From the NCBI GenBank assembly GCA_964518475.1, contig CAZFGR010000003.1, forward strand, positions 32,001 to 96,000: DNA of 64,000 nucleotides. Direction: 5' to 3'. Of this stretch, positions 38,618-48,624 are shown piece by piece; the first letter of the stretch is position 1; every line of letters begins with the position of its first letter. The notes under the pieces were generated by a model. The model was given only the letters and a program-made list of their open reading frames with translations. It did not search any database and was not told where the DNA came from. This stretch comes from an uncultured Nitrososphaerota archaeon (GTDB taxonomy: Archaea > Asgardarchaeota > Njordarchaeia > Njordarchaeales > Njordarchaeaceae). The translations under genes were made by a program, and so were the position numbers.

Positions 38618-39517
38618 TCATTCTAGAAAACCGAGATGTTTGGCAAGTTCCTCAATTTTCCTGAAATTTACACACTTTTTCGAAGCGTTTTCGAGAAATT
38701 CAGAAAGCATAGTTCTATCGATATAACGTTGCTTCTCCCTATTTTTATATAAGAAATCTAGTAAATCCTCTAATATTCTACAGAAATTCTCTCGAAAATT
38801 TTCTAGCTGACGATAAATTTCCAATGCATTGAGAACGTGGGTAAGAGCATTTCGATAGTCCTCCAGAGCAATCTCTATATTAGCTAATTGCACGAGAGTC
38901 TCAGCTATTATTGGGAGAGCATCTGGAGACGGCTCTCCTTCCAGAATCTCATTGCTTAAAGAGATCGCGTCTAAGAGTATTTTTCGAAGAGTTTTTTTAT
39001 CGCTTTTTTGAGATTTTATTGGTAAATATATCGTGAGTAAGAAACTCAGATAGTAGTCTACCAATTTATATTGTTTCGCCAACTTCTTGTACATCTCTAA
39101 TGTCTTCTCAAGTAATATGTTATCGAAAACACCCATTCTGCTATAAATTCGTAACAAGAATGCTTGAGTTACGGCTTGTAAATACTCTATTTGCAACTCA
39201 GATCGTTTAGAGGCTTCTTCCTGGATTTGTGCCAATAAGTTCTCCAAAAGATCTTTTGCCTTCTTATCATCACCGATCATTACGTAGAAGTCGCTTAGTT
39301 TATGTATAACTTCAGCATACTTAGTGATATCTCTTAAAGTAATTGATAATTGTTCAGCTCTCTTCAGCAACTCTCTTACTTTTCCGAAATTCTTTGCCTT
39401 CAGAGCTTCGGTAGCAGCGGAAAAAATTAGGTAAATAGTGTTAATTATTGTAGTGTCACTCATTCGCATTGATATCATCGATGAAAAGTTATTCAGATCA
39501 CTCTTCCTCAAGTACAA
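38618..39517 (-). CDS. TPR/alpha-solenoid protein (true start may be near 39463)
   Basis: All-helical with TPR-like repeats (LANIEIALEDYRNALTHVLNALEIY). Confidence 0.7.
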   Translation of the reverse strand: MYLRKSDLNNFSSMISMRMSDTTIINTIYLIFSAATEALKAKNFGKVRELLKRAEQLSITLRDITKYAEVIHKLSDFYVMIGDDKKAKDLLENLLAQIQEEASKRSELQIEYLQAVTQAFLLRIYSRMGVFDNILLEKTLEMYKKLAKQYKLVDYYLSFLLTIYLPIKSQKSDKKTLRKILLDAISLSNEILEGEPSPDALPIIAETLVQLANIEIALEDYRNALTHVLNALEIYRQLENFRENFCRILEDLLDFLYKNREKQRYIDRTMLSEFLENASKKCVNFRKIEELAKHLGFLE

Positions 39518-40079
39518 ATTTTTTGCGCGCGATAATCTCTATGTAAGATTTCCTTACAGCATATATTTCTACGAAGATGTCACTAGATGCTATCTCTACA
39601 ATTGCCCAAGTTGGGGTGCCGAATCCTCCCCCTCCTCCATAAACCCCAGTACCGCTCCCAGGGTTTATGATTAGCGTGTCAAGCACTTTTCGTACATCTG
39701 GATAGTGTGTGTGACCAGTAAAGATTATATTAGCACCATGTTTTTTTGCTAGTCCACGTAGTAGCATTGGTTCTCCACGTGGATATATTCCAGTACCATG
39801 GAATATTATAGCTTTCAATTTCGATCCGGGAATATCGATATAAGCTATCTCTGGAAACCGAGCTGCTTCGCCAATATCCATATTTCCACGCACAGCAACT
39901 ATGGGAAACTTCTTAAAAGGCTCTAGTACATAGCTTTGGACAAGATCCCCAGTGATTGCTACTAGGTCAAATATATCTTCTTCTAATGTCTCTAATAGTT
40001 GTTTAGGTATCGCCTGAGCACGAAATGGTATGTGGAAATCCCCAGTTACGAGAATTCTGTATCTTTTTGGCATCTTCAA
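39498..40079 (-). CDS. YfcE/MJ0936 (Vps29-like) metallophosphoesterase
   Basis: GDFHIPFRA, TGDL, VRGNMD, FHG, GHTH, INPGSGTG. Confidence 0.92.
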   Translation of the reverse strand: MKMPKRYRILVTGDFHIPFRAQAIPKQLLETLEEDIFDLVAITGDLVQSYVLEPFKKFPIVAVRGNMDIGEAARFPEIAYIDIPGSKLKAIIFHGTGIYPRGEPMLLRGLAKKHGANIIFTGHTHYPDVRKVLDTLIINPGSGTGVYGGGGGFGTPTWAIVEIASSDIFVEIYAVRKSYIEIIARKKFVLEEE

Positions 40080-40169
40080 TTCCCCATACTAGAGTCTCCT
40101 TAAAGAAAGAATATTTACCAAGTTTAAAGGCCTAATTTAAATTCTCAGCATTAAGGATTGTGTCAAAAA

Positions 40170-41993
40170 CTAATCTTCACGAGATTTCAGAGCCTTTAAA
40201 ATACTCTTCAAGAATTCTTCTAGTTTATCCAACTCTTCGCCTGAACGTTTAATTTCTAGAGATATAGAACCATCTTCCTTCTGACTTAAGTGGAAAGGTA
40301 GTAATAATGGCCGATAAATTTTTCCACCTGGTACTTTTTTAGGAGGTTTTAACCATCTCCAGCTTCCATACTTAAGGATATTATTTATCATGTTTTCAGG
40401 AATTCCTTGTTCTTGTGCAATTCTAATCAGCTCACTATGCAGCATTTCGCTTAAGTCTGGATGAATTTCTTTCAGAACAAAAAAATCGGCTAAGTTACTA
40501 CATGGGCAAGGCCAGCAACCAATCCTTGATAACCCTTTTCCATATAGAGGGTTAGCCGGAAGTCGCCGCCATAGAATGTATAACCAAGTATCTAGGGCAT
40601 TCCAGTAATAGATAGGGTAAGCATTTAACTGACCTGTCCAGGGGTTTTCGCTAACACGACCCTCAGATGCTCGTTGAAGAGACTCATATTTGCGAATCCC
40701 AACAAAACACACGGTCTTAGCAATACCAAGCTTTTCTAATAACTGTCTAGTAGGGGCCAGCTTGTTAGACTTACAACACCATCTCCAATCCATACCAGGC
40801 GGGCCTATCGTTCTGAAGCCGATCCAAAATCTCTGAGAAGGAACATTTGCTATTGCTATTGATTTCCCAAGTATGAGCTCTACATCATCAATTATAATTA
40901 CTCTTCCATTTCTAAAACTCTTATTAGTCTCCTCTTCGAACGTTCTAAGAACTTTTTTCGTGTACTCAATCGTTTCTGGATACTCAATACCAGTATTTAT
41001 GAAAAACACGATGAAGTTTTGTTGGAGCGTTTTTCGAACGAGTTCAAATGTGACTATACTATCTTTTCCACCACTAAATGAAACGGTAATTGGTAAGGAT
41101 CTTCTTGACATATGAGTGATAAATGCCCTCGCTTCCTCTTCTCTTTTTTGTAAAGCAGTTAAATTAGCGTATGTTATAAGCATCCATCTTCGTCTGATAT
41201 TTTGAGGAAATAACTTGTATGGATCGTATTCCTCAATAAATAACGGGGATGTATCAGTATCCCATGCGATTTCTCTATCCAAAGGCTTGTGTAAGATATT
41301 GTCTAAGATGTCTTTACCCATCGTTTTGGCATTATCAAAGGTTAAAAACAATTTCTTTGCTTTATTCTTTATCACTAATCCTTTGGAAAGGAAGTCTAAA
41401 CGCTCAGAAGATACTCTCGCAACGCCTATACCTACTAATGTAATATCTTCATCGAATACAAATACTAAGTCGCCAGAATGGAAGGTACTAAAGTGCATAA
41501 TCCCTGGTGCCAGAACGTTATATCCTTCCGAGATCTTCTTTCCAGCTTCTTTAGAGACTATCACGAAGTGTTTAAAAAAAGATAAGTTTTTTTCTAAGTC
41601 CCCCGAAAGGTATGATGCTAATGCGAAGAAAAAAATAGCTCCTTGTTTATTTAGTACTATTTCATATTCTGATTTTTCTGGGTTGTATCTTAAATCTCCG
41701 ATAACTTTTCCTTGAACGATTATTTCATCCATTTTATCAATGTAAGATGCAGGGTTAAGCAAGATATGTTCTTTAAGAAAAACATTAACTATACGAGGCG
41801 AGAAAAGATTACTAAGAGTTCTTTTAAGTAGTTCATAATCACCAAGAAAAGCAGGTCTGGGGTCGCCTGGTGGTGCGATTTTCACGGTTTCTCCTTTGCC
41901 TCCGCATAAGTCACATTTGTCACTAATAAGGGGTACATTACAGTTATGGCACCAGAATAGTCTAATTTTTCCAAGGAATGGTGCTCTATGCAC
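40170..41993 (-). CDS. PAPS-reductase-family protein with an N-terminal Zn-finger and PUA domain
   Basis: WCHNCNVP..CDLCG, PPGDPRPAF, VLAPGI (PUA), SFSGGKDS, RWCCKSNKLAP, RIGCWPCP. Confidence 0.9.
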   Translation of the reverse strand: MHRAPFLGKIRLFWCHNCNVPLISDKCDLCGGKGETVKIAPPGDPRPAFLGDYELLKRTLSNLFSPRIVNVFLKEHILLNPASYIDKMDEIIVQGKVIGDLRYNPEKSEYEIVLNKQGAIFFFALASYLSGDLEKNLSFFKHFVIVSKEAGKKISEGYNVLAPGIMHFSTFHSGDLVFVFDEDITLVGIGVARVSSERLDFLSKGLVIKNKAKKLFLTFDNAKTMGKDILDNILHKPLDREIAWDTDTSPLFIEEYDPYKLFPQNIRRRWMLITYANLTALQKREEEARAFITHMSRRSLPITVSFSGGKDSIVTFELVRKTLQQNFIVFFINTGIEYPETIEYTKKVLRTFEEETNKSFRNGRVIIIDDVELILGKSIAIANVPSQRFWIGFRTIGPPGMDWRWCCKSNKLAPTRQLLEKLGIAKTVCFVGIRKYESLQRASEGRVSENPWTGQLNAYPIYYWNALDTWLYILWRRLPANPLYGKGLSRIGCWPCPCSNLADFFVLKEIHPDLSEMLHSELIRIAQEQGIPENMINNILKYGSWRWLKPPKKVPGGKIYRPLLLPFHLSQKEDGSISLEIKRSGEELDKLEEFLKSILKALKSRED

Positions 41994-42116
41994 TTTTTAC
42001 ACCACAGAGTATACTCTTGTCTCAATACTCTCTTTCTCAAGAATTCAAGCGTTAGTTCTCTTTCGTTAATTTTCTGGTGTTTGTAGATAATTTTTATATG
42101 TTGATAATGATATAGT

Positions 42117-42656
42117 TTGAGGGATGTGCAAAAATTTTGTGTTTCTTATTGCAATAGTCTTCTGAGGGAATGTGTTTTGAAAAATGAATATGATTCAATG
42201 GTTATGTCTTCTTATATAAGGATTAGTGTACTTATAGCTCTATTTTTAGCAATGTGGTTATGGATAGTAATTGTTCTTGTAATGCCAAGATATCATGGCT
42301 ATTCGTACTTGTTACTAATATTAGCTTTTCCGCTTGGTTTTCTGAGCGGATACATAGCAGGTCACACATCGTCCTTTAAGAAGTTCTTGTCCGGATTTGC
42401 GGGGAGCTTCATAGGTACTATCTTAGCAATGCTTTTCCTATTTACTCTGACTAATGTGACGTATATCGCCCCAATAGATGGTCTCCTCTTTAGTTTTACA
42501 AGCGGAGATATATTCGTAGCTACTACTTTCGGAATTCTTTTTGGTCCTCTTACGGGACTTTTTACAGGAATTGGGAGTACCATCATTAAGCCAAAAAGAT
42601 ACAAAACAAAGGAGGAAGAAAGAGGGCTTGGAAAAGAGGTAGAACAAGAAAAATAA
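42117..42656 (+). CDS. Hypothetical 4-TM membrane protein (true start probably near 42200)
   Basis: Four hydrophobic Gly-rich segments and a charged C-tail. Confidence 0.7.
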   Translation: MRDVQKFCVSYCNSLLRECVLKNEYDSMVMSSYIRISVLIALFLAMWLWIVIVLVMPRYHGYSYLLLILAFPLGFLSGYIAGHTSSFKKFLSGFAGSFIGTILAMLFLFTLTNVTYIAPIDGLLFSFTSGDIFVATTFGILFGPLTGLFTGIGSTIIKPKRYKTKEEERGLGKEVEQEK

Positions 42657-42682
42657 ATATGAGGTCCTTTAATGAGCAATAT

Positions 42683-43114
42683 TCATTCCTCAACAACGAA
42701 GTAATTCCACCACCCTCTTTGTTTGATTTCTTCTAATAATTTATCTAACTCTTCCGTATTCTTTAGTCGTTCATTCCAACTCTCGCTACCTATAACCTCT
42801 GGATGGAGACGAACTCGTATATTCCATTTTGGGAACTTCTCCATTAGTCTAGCTCTTATTACTGCAGAGATATGCATTATTAGAGGGCAAAAAGGTGTTG
42901 AAGGCACCCAATTAACTTCGATAATTTTATTTTCAACATCTACTTTAATAAACTCTGGTTTTAGCAATCCCGCTTCTTTAAGCGTGATTCCTAGTTCGGG
43001 GTCTCTCACATTACCAGCGATTGATACAACCGATTCCTGAATCAGTTTTGCTTTTTTCTTTTTCTCAAGTTCTTTCTCTTCATCAGACATTTCAAACATC
43101 TCCACATATAACAA
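42683..43114 (-). CDS. DUF59/MIP18 (SufT-like) Fe-S cluster assembly protein
   Basis: VRDPELG...GL, PSTPFCPL. Confidence 0.85.
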   Translation of the reverse strand: MLYVEMFEMSDEEKELEKKKKAKLIQESVVSIAGNVRDPELGITLKEAGLLKPEFIKVDVENKIIEVNWVPSTPFCPLIMHISAVIRARLMEKFPKWNIRVRLHPEVIGSESWNERLKNTEELDKLLEEIKQRGWWNYFVVEE

Positions 43115-43269
43115 AGTTATAGTATTAATGTGTGCAACAAAGTATATTAAGTTAGCTCTAGCTTGGAAAAATTTACCCCTTCTTGTCTAGAAAAGCGAGA
43201 TAATCTTAGTTTTTCTTAACAGCTTCACTGCAGAAATCAGCGGTAACTTTTTAAAAAAGAAAGTAAGGC

Positions 43270-43908
43270 TTGTTGGAAAGAAGGAGCATAAACCTTTCCG
43301 ATAGAGTGGTTGATGTGTTTGGTATTCTCACTAAAAAAGATCTGTTAGAAAAATTAGAGCGAGGAGAGCTGGTAATTGATCCTTTTTTTGAAGAAAACCT
43401 AGGAGAGATAACATATGACATCACATTGAGTTCGGAGTTTGTATTCATAGAGCCTTATCATACTCCTATTTTGGATCCAGAAAATCTAAATGTCAGAGCG
43501 AATAGGATTCACGCTACTAGTATCTACTTGCAACCACATGTGTTCGTTTTGGGACGGAGTATAGAATGGATAGAGCTACCAAATAATATAATAGCAATGA
43601 TTTCTGGGAAGTCAAGTCTTGCCAGATTAGGTATTGAAGTTGAAGCAGCGTATCTTCTTCATCCAGGACATAAAGGATACGTTATATTGGAGATAAGTAA
43701 CAGGAATACTATTCCAGTAAAACTGAAAAAAGGTTTACTGGTAGCACAATTGCTCTTTTTCAAGGTTAGTCCAGTTAAGTCTTATAGCGAAACGGGAAGT
43801 TTTGGTATTCAGCAGAGGATAGAATTACCGAGAATGCTAAAATTTGTTAAAAGAGAAGAATATTTAGCAGGGGAGGAGAAGGAAAAGACCAACACTAGAT
43901 TTTCTTGA
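43270..43908 (+). CDS. dcd: dCTP deaminase
   Basis: GKSSLARLGI, PGHKGYVILEISN, AQLLF. Confidence 0.9.
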   Translation: MLERRSINLSDRVVDVFGILTKKDLLEKLERGELVIDPFFEENLGEITYDITLSSEFVFIEPYHTPILDPENLNVRANRIHATSIYLQPHVFVLGRSIEWIELPNNIIAMISGKSSLARLGIEVEAAYLLHPGHKGYVILEISNRNTIPVKLKKGLLVAQLLFFKVSPVKSYSETGSFGIQQRIELPRMLKFVKREEYLAGEEKEKTNTRFS

Positions 43909-44866
43909 GATACTTTTTTGCATAATAGGTAAGAAAAGCTCCAAGTGTGTATAGAAATGATGACACGTCCTTATCAACCACTACTGGTTTTTCTTCAGGT
44001 ACCTTCTGAGCTAATATGCTAAGAACGTTCTCTAGTGCGTGCTGAGTTATGACTCCGATCGCAACTATTTTTTCAAGTTTGGTAGAAACTTTTTCTATGA
44101 CTTCTAAAATTTTAGAGATTGTCTCCTTGCTATTGTTGCTTATGAAAAAAGCCAGAAGTCTTATTTTTGGCAAGAGTTGACTATAGGTATCGAATTGCGC
44201 TAATATTTGATCAAGTTCGAAACCATATATGGTGAACTCTATTTCAAAACAAACTTTATCAAATACCCCATTAGTTCTTGCTCCGTATACAGTTATGTTC
44301 TCATATTGGCTTATTCTAGATATTTCGCTCGAACAATAATTGTCGAACATTTCTGGATTTTCTATAAAAAAAGATGCTGCTGTTTTCATTTTCATGGATT
44401 TTTGACAGGAAATTCTTTGAGGAGATATTGTCGACAATTTTTTTACTTCTTCTATGAGAAATAGTAATCTTGGATCTCGATTGTACTCACTAATCTCTCT
44501 TAAAGCATTAAGCATTAATTCTCCGAAATCTCTGCTCAAAGACAGCCTTAGCATTTCCTCATACACCGTTCTATCGTGTAATGCACGGACGAAAAGATCT
44601 ATTGCTCTGCTTAAGAACTCTTTATTTTGCAACCGTTTTGTTGCAATAATATATGCTTCAGTGAAATCTTTTATAGTAGGTAATCGGAGCCTATTTTTTG
44701 CTATTGCAGCAGTATTTGATGTCCCATCAACAGTACACCATGCTAAAAAACAGGCTAAAACCTTTTGAATGTTGCCCGGCAATGAGAGAGTTAAGTGTTC
44801 GAAAATTTTCTCATGGTATGCTTGAATCACAAGGATACACCCATACTTAGGCGAAATCTCACGCAT
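43895..44866 (-). CDS. Hypothetical protein
   Basis: 323-aa ORF; no family recognised. Confidence 0.6.
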   Translation of the reverse strand: MREISPKYGCILVIQAYHEKIFEHLTLSLPGNIQKVLACFLAWCTVDGTSNTAAIAKNRLRLPTIKDFTEAYIIATKRLQNKEFLSRAIDLFVRALHDRTVYEEMLRLSLSRDFGELMLNALREISEYNRDPRLLFLIEEVKKLSTISPQRISCQKSMKMKTAASFFIENPEMFDNYCSSEISRISQYENITVYGARTNGVFDKVCFEIEFTIYGFELDQILAQFDTYSQLLPKIRLLAFFISNNSKETISKILEVIEKVSTKLEKIVAIGVITQHALENVLSILAQKVPEEKPVVVDKDVSSFLYTLGAFLTYYAKKYLKKI

Positions 44867-44894
44867 GTAATTGTAATAAGTGGTAAATAATAGC

Positions 44895-44945
44895 TCAGCA
44901 CAGGGGAGCTACATCACCGATTCAGCTCCTGGCTTTTCTCATCAC
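44895..44945 (-). ncRNA. C/D-box sRNA
   Basis: GTGATGA-GAAAAGCCAGGAG-CTGA-ATCG-GTGATGT-AGCTCCCCTGTG-CTGA. Confidence 0.85.
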
Positions 44946-45001
44946 GTTGTGATATGATTAGAATAAAGAAAACTTTTTTCAACATTTTATATGTTTTTAT
45001 A

Positions 45002-45874
45002 TTACTCCCAACCTCTCTCAATATATTCAGCTAGTGTTGGACCAACTTCAACGATTCCTTCTTCTCTTATTCGCATCACGTGAGTATTCTGATCGTGGCC
45101 AGCCAATCTGCAACCATCTATTCTAATGGTTCTTAAAACTCCTCCTAAAGGAATCCGATATGTTTGGCTTTCCCATTTTTGTGTAATTATTTTTTTGCTA
45201 AGGACAATTGTGCCATCCACGATGTGTGCTATAGCTAATCCTCCAGCTGCTTCAGCGCTAGCTTCTTCGTGGGAAGATCTCTTCTGCGAAACAAATAGAG
45301 CAGTTACCCGAAGAGTTTTCATCGTATTAAACAATACTCGAACAATTTTACGGGCCAGTACTTCCATGTGTTCGTAGAGACCAGTTATAGAATCTATAAC
45401 AACAGACTTTGCGGGTCTGGGTTTGAACATTCTTGTGGTTTCAGCTATTAGTTTAGTGAGATCCTTAACATTCTCTCGTAAGGCATCGTTCATTGTTAAA
45501 TCGATTAACGCTATTTTATCCTCTATCTCAGACCAGTCTATACGTAGAGCTTTTGCTCTTATCTCAAGTCCCCGAGCTACATATTCTGCTGGACTTTCGA
45601 CTGTTACGAAAACTACTGGCCACCCCTCATGAGCTTGAACAACAGCGAATTGCTCGACTAATAGGCTTTTTCCAGTATCGGGGACGCCAGTTATGTTAAA
45701 GACACCACCAAATGGATATCCTCCGAGGGTCCTCTTAACTATTTTTCCAGTTTCTTTATCAATTTCTACGATCCAAAATAGATCATCTAACCCAGGCACT
45801 CCAGTTTTAACACCAAATAATTTAGGGGCTTCTCGTAAAGCGTCACGGGCCAAATAAACGGTACTTTTACTCAT
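45002..45874 (-). CDS. KaiC-like single-domain ATPase (thermophile KaiC_2 type)
   Basis: TGVPGLD, TGVPDTGKSL, TVESPA, VIDSITG, SQKRS, AAGGLAIAHIVDG, RIDGCR. Confidence 0.9.
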   Translation of the reverse strand: MSKSTVYLARDALREAPKLFGVKTGVPGLDDLFWIVEIDKETGKIVKRTLGGYPFGGVFNITGVPDTGKSLLVEQFAVVQAHEGWPVVFVTVESPAEYVARGLEIRAKALRIDWSEIEDKIALIDLTMNDALRENVKDLTKLIAETTRMFKPRPAKSVVIDSITGLYEHMEVLARKIVRVLFNTMKTLRVTALFVSQKRSSHEEASAEAAGGLAIAHIVDGTIVLSKKIITQKWESQTYRIPLGGVLRTIRIDGCRLAGHDQNTHVMRIREEGIVEVGPTLAEYIERGWE

Positions 45875-46003
45875 GTGTCTCACCCATTAAGATTCATCTA
45901 ATAATGACTAGTAGTAATAATGCAATAATATCGTAGCTTATAAATGTGTGGAGATGAAGTATGTGGTGAGTATTCCTTAGAACCTTAGTTTAAAGGTGCC
46001 TAC

Positions 46004-47173
46004 TTGAGTGACTTAGATATCATATTAAAACAGCTTGAAGAAATTGATGAGGAAAACGTCTCGGGACAACAAGTGGATCATAGTGAAGAAGACGATGAGG
46101 ATATAGAAAGAGTGATCATTAAGAGTCTACCAAAAATAAAAGTGATAGGAGTTGGGGGTGCTGGAAATAATACAGTTACGAATCTAATGAGAGTAGGAGC
46201 GCAAGGAGTAACGACTATAGCTGTAAATACCGATGCCCGGCAGCTGTTAGTTACTAAAGCGCATAAAAAAGTTTTAATCGGAGAAAAAACGTGTCGAGGA
46301 CATGGTGCTGGAAATGATCCTAAAGTGGGAGAACAAGCAGCGAAAGAAAGTCAAGAGAAGTTAAAGAAGATTCTCAGAAATACTGATCTCCTATTTCTAA
46401 CTTGTGGATTAGGGGGAGGGACAGGAAGTGGGGCAACTCCTTATATTGCGCAATTAGCACAAGAAATGGGGATTCTAACAGTGACTATATGCACATTACC
46501 GTTTATGGCTGAGGGAGAGGTAAAAAGGAAAAACGCTTCTGAAGCTCTAAGAAAGCTTATTCAGTTCTCTAATACAATCATTGTGATACCTAATGATAAG
46601 CTTCTCCAAATAGCTCCCAAAAAGACTTTGCTAGAAGCTTTCAGGTTGGCTGACGATATTCTAGTAAAAGCGGTTACTGGGATCGCGGATCTAATAGGAC
46701 CCAGACCCGGCTTAGTTAATGTAGATTTTGCAGATGCTAAAAAAGTTTTATCGGCGGGGGGTACAGCAGTTATTGGTATTGGACAAGCGGATGTATCAGA
46801 AGGAAACAGAGTAAGGCTTGCACTCGAAAGAGCCCTTATAAACCCTCTACTGGACGTCAAGTTAAATACGGCTAAAAGCGCACTAATAAATATTACGGGA
46901 GGAAGCGATATTACTTTAGAAGAAGCAGAGAGCATTGTTAGGCAAGTATCAGCTATCCTTGGAAACAAAGGCGAGGTGAAATGGGGCGTCGTACTAGATG
47001 ATTCAATGAAAGGAGAATTAAGAATAACAATAATTATGGCTGGGATAGAATTACCTTATCTGGACGAAAAAGGTGAAGTGATTTATCCAAGGATTCTCTC
47101 AACGATATTCACTAATGATACAATAAGACTCCTTAAAGAAGTAGGAATAAGCAGTGATAAAATCTTTGACTAA
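46004..47173 (+). CDS. ftsZ: Cell division protein FtsZ
   Basis: GVGGAGNN, AVNTD, GAGNDP, GLGGGTGSG, PFMAEG, T7 loop NVDFAD. Confidence 0.96.
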   Translation: MSDLDIILKQLEEIDEENVSGQQVDHSEEDDEDIERVIIKSLPKIKVIGVGGAGNNTVTNLMRVGAQGVTTIAVNTDARQLLVTKAHKKVLIGEKTCRGHGAGNDPKVGEQAAKESQEKLKKILRNTDLLFLTCGLGGGTGSGATPYIAQLAQEMGILTVTICTLPFMAEGEVKRKNASEALRKLIQFSNTIIVIPNDKLLQIAPKKTLLEAFRLADDILVKAVTGIADLIGPRPGLVNVDFADAKKVLSAGGTAVIGIGQADVSEGNRVRLALERALINPLLDVKLNTAKSALINITGGSDITLEEAESIVRQVSAILGNKGEVKWGVVLDDSMKGELRITIIMAGIELPYLDEKGEVIYPRILSTIFTNDTIRLLKEVGISSDKIFD

Positions 47174-47224
47174 TCTTTTTTAACAGAATAGTAGAATAGT
47201 TAAGGATTTCTGAGCTGATTTTAA

Positions 47225-47818
47225 TTATTTCAAAGAGGGTTCTAAATATTGGATTAGTTCATCTTTTAGTACACTAGGGAAGTTCTGAAGAATTCTTTCA
47301 AGTAACTCTTTATTGAAGTCAGTTTCCTGTATGAAGCCAGCTAGTTTTTTCATAATATTGTCGTCTTGTGTTATTAGTTTGAAGTAGACTAATAACCATT
47401 CTAGCGGAGGCACTAGATATGTTTCATCATTAATTTTTACACTAGTAGCTATCGCGATAACGTCTTTTACATCTATCTTTATCAAATACCCGTGAAAGTT
47501 TATTACTGGATTTCCGATGATATTAACGGGCACCCCATCGGCATTAAAAACACCAAAGTGTGCTAGGATGTTACCTACTTTTCGAAAATCAGCTGGCACT
47601 ATGGTTTGAAAGGAATTTTGAAATAGTCTGCTCATTATATAGACGCCTTCCTCGTCAGTCAATATATCTATTGCCTTTGTTGATAAAGAAAGGCCTAATG
47701 TTTTAGCAGCTAATGGACCTGCCAGGACCCAGTTTACGTTTTCTCTGTCAAGTATTTTCTTTAATTTTCTGAGAACATCAATTAGCTCTTCCGCCAAATA
47801 GCATCCCATCTTAACCAA
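47225..47818 (-). CDS. Nucleotidyltransferase-fold protein
   Basis: WVLAG..A...G...TKAIDILTD pattern, with only one of the DxD aspartates. Confidence 0.6.
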   Translation of the reverse strand: MVKMGCYLAEELIDVLRKLKKILDRENVNWVLAGPLAAKTLGLSLSTKAIDILTDEEGVYIMSRLFQNSFQTIVPADFRKVGNILAHFGVFNADGVPVNIIGNPVINFHGYLIKIDVKDVIAIATSVKINDETYLVPPLEWLLVYFKLITQDDNIMKKLAGFIQETDFNKELLERILQNFPSVLKDELIQYLEPSLK

Positions 47819-47941
47819 TTCTCATAGTCTCTACAACAGCGTATTACTAGATAATGAACATTTTCTATATACTAGAAGCATTCTACATCAGAGGTAATCA
47901 TGCAAAATCGGAAAAATAGTTTTATGATCAAAGAAGAGAGT

Positions 47942-48052
47942 TGGTGCGGGGGGCGGGATTCGAACCCGCGAAGGCCTGCGCCACCGGATCCTAAGTCTAG
48001 CCTTTTGACGAATACAAATAACCGGCCCCTTTGACCGCTCGGGAACCCCCGC
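47942..48052 (-). tRNA. tRNA-Leu(TAG) with a non-canonical 30/31 intron (47997-48021, 25 nt)
   Basis: GCGGGGGTTCCCGAGCGGTCAAAGGGG CCGG [intron] A CT TAG GA TCCGG, long variable arm, ACCA. BHB motif GGCC-GG^T ... GGCT-AG^A. Confidence 0.9.
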
Positions 48053-48376
48053 ATGTTGGACTCTGATATCTCTGATAACATACTTCTATATTTAAAAATA
48101 TTCATGGGACATTGGCTATTATCCAACATAATATAGGGATGTTTGGAATATAGCAATACTTATGTGTAGAGCGGACCGCTTAATTTCTCTTTTGACAGAG
48201 ATAAGATGCAATTAATTCTAGAGATTCCCAGTATCAGCAACTAAATAGTGTGTCATATTCGAATAGATGAACCCCTGACCCTTAAAGATATCTGTTAAAT
48301 TTAGGAGTAAAATTTATAGAAGAAAGACATCACTAGTAGATTAAGATAGATTAAATATTAAGAAAAACCCTGAAAC

Positions 48377-48488
48377 GGGCCCGTAGCTCAGCCAGGGTAG
48401 AGCGCCCGGCATGCGGTTTAGAGAATAATGCAACCGCACGGGAATCATAACCGGGTGGTCGGCGGTTCAAATCCGCCCGGGCCCACCA
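48377..48488 (+). tRNA. tRNA-Ile2(CAT) (or elongator Met) with a non-canonical 32/33 intron (48411-48444, 34 nt)
   Basis: GGGCCCG acceptor; CCCGG C [intron] T CAT AA CCGGG. BHB motif CCCG-GC^A ... CGGG-AA^T, with intron stem TGCGGTT/AACCGCA. Confidence 0.9.
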
Positions 48489-48624
48489 CTTCTTCTAAAG
48501 ATTATTTTTTTGGGATCTTAGATTTTCCTTCATCTCCTCCACCTTAGTATGAGAATTTCCTATTACTTTTGGTTCTCGAGAGGATTGAGAGAGAAAAAAT
48601 AGGGTATATTTGATTGTAAGAGAG

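Noticed and set aside
47872-48156. 94-aa ORF
   Set aside because: It overlaps tRNA-Leu(TAG).
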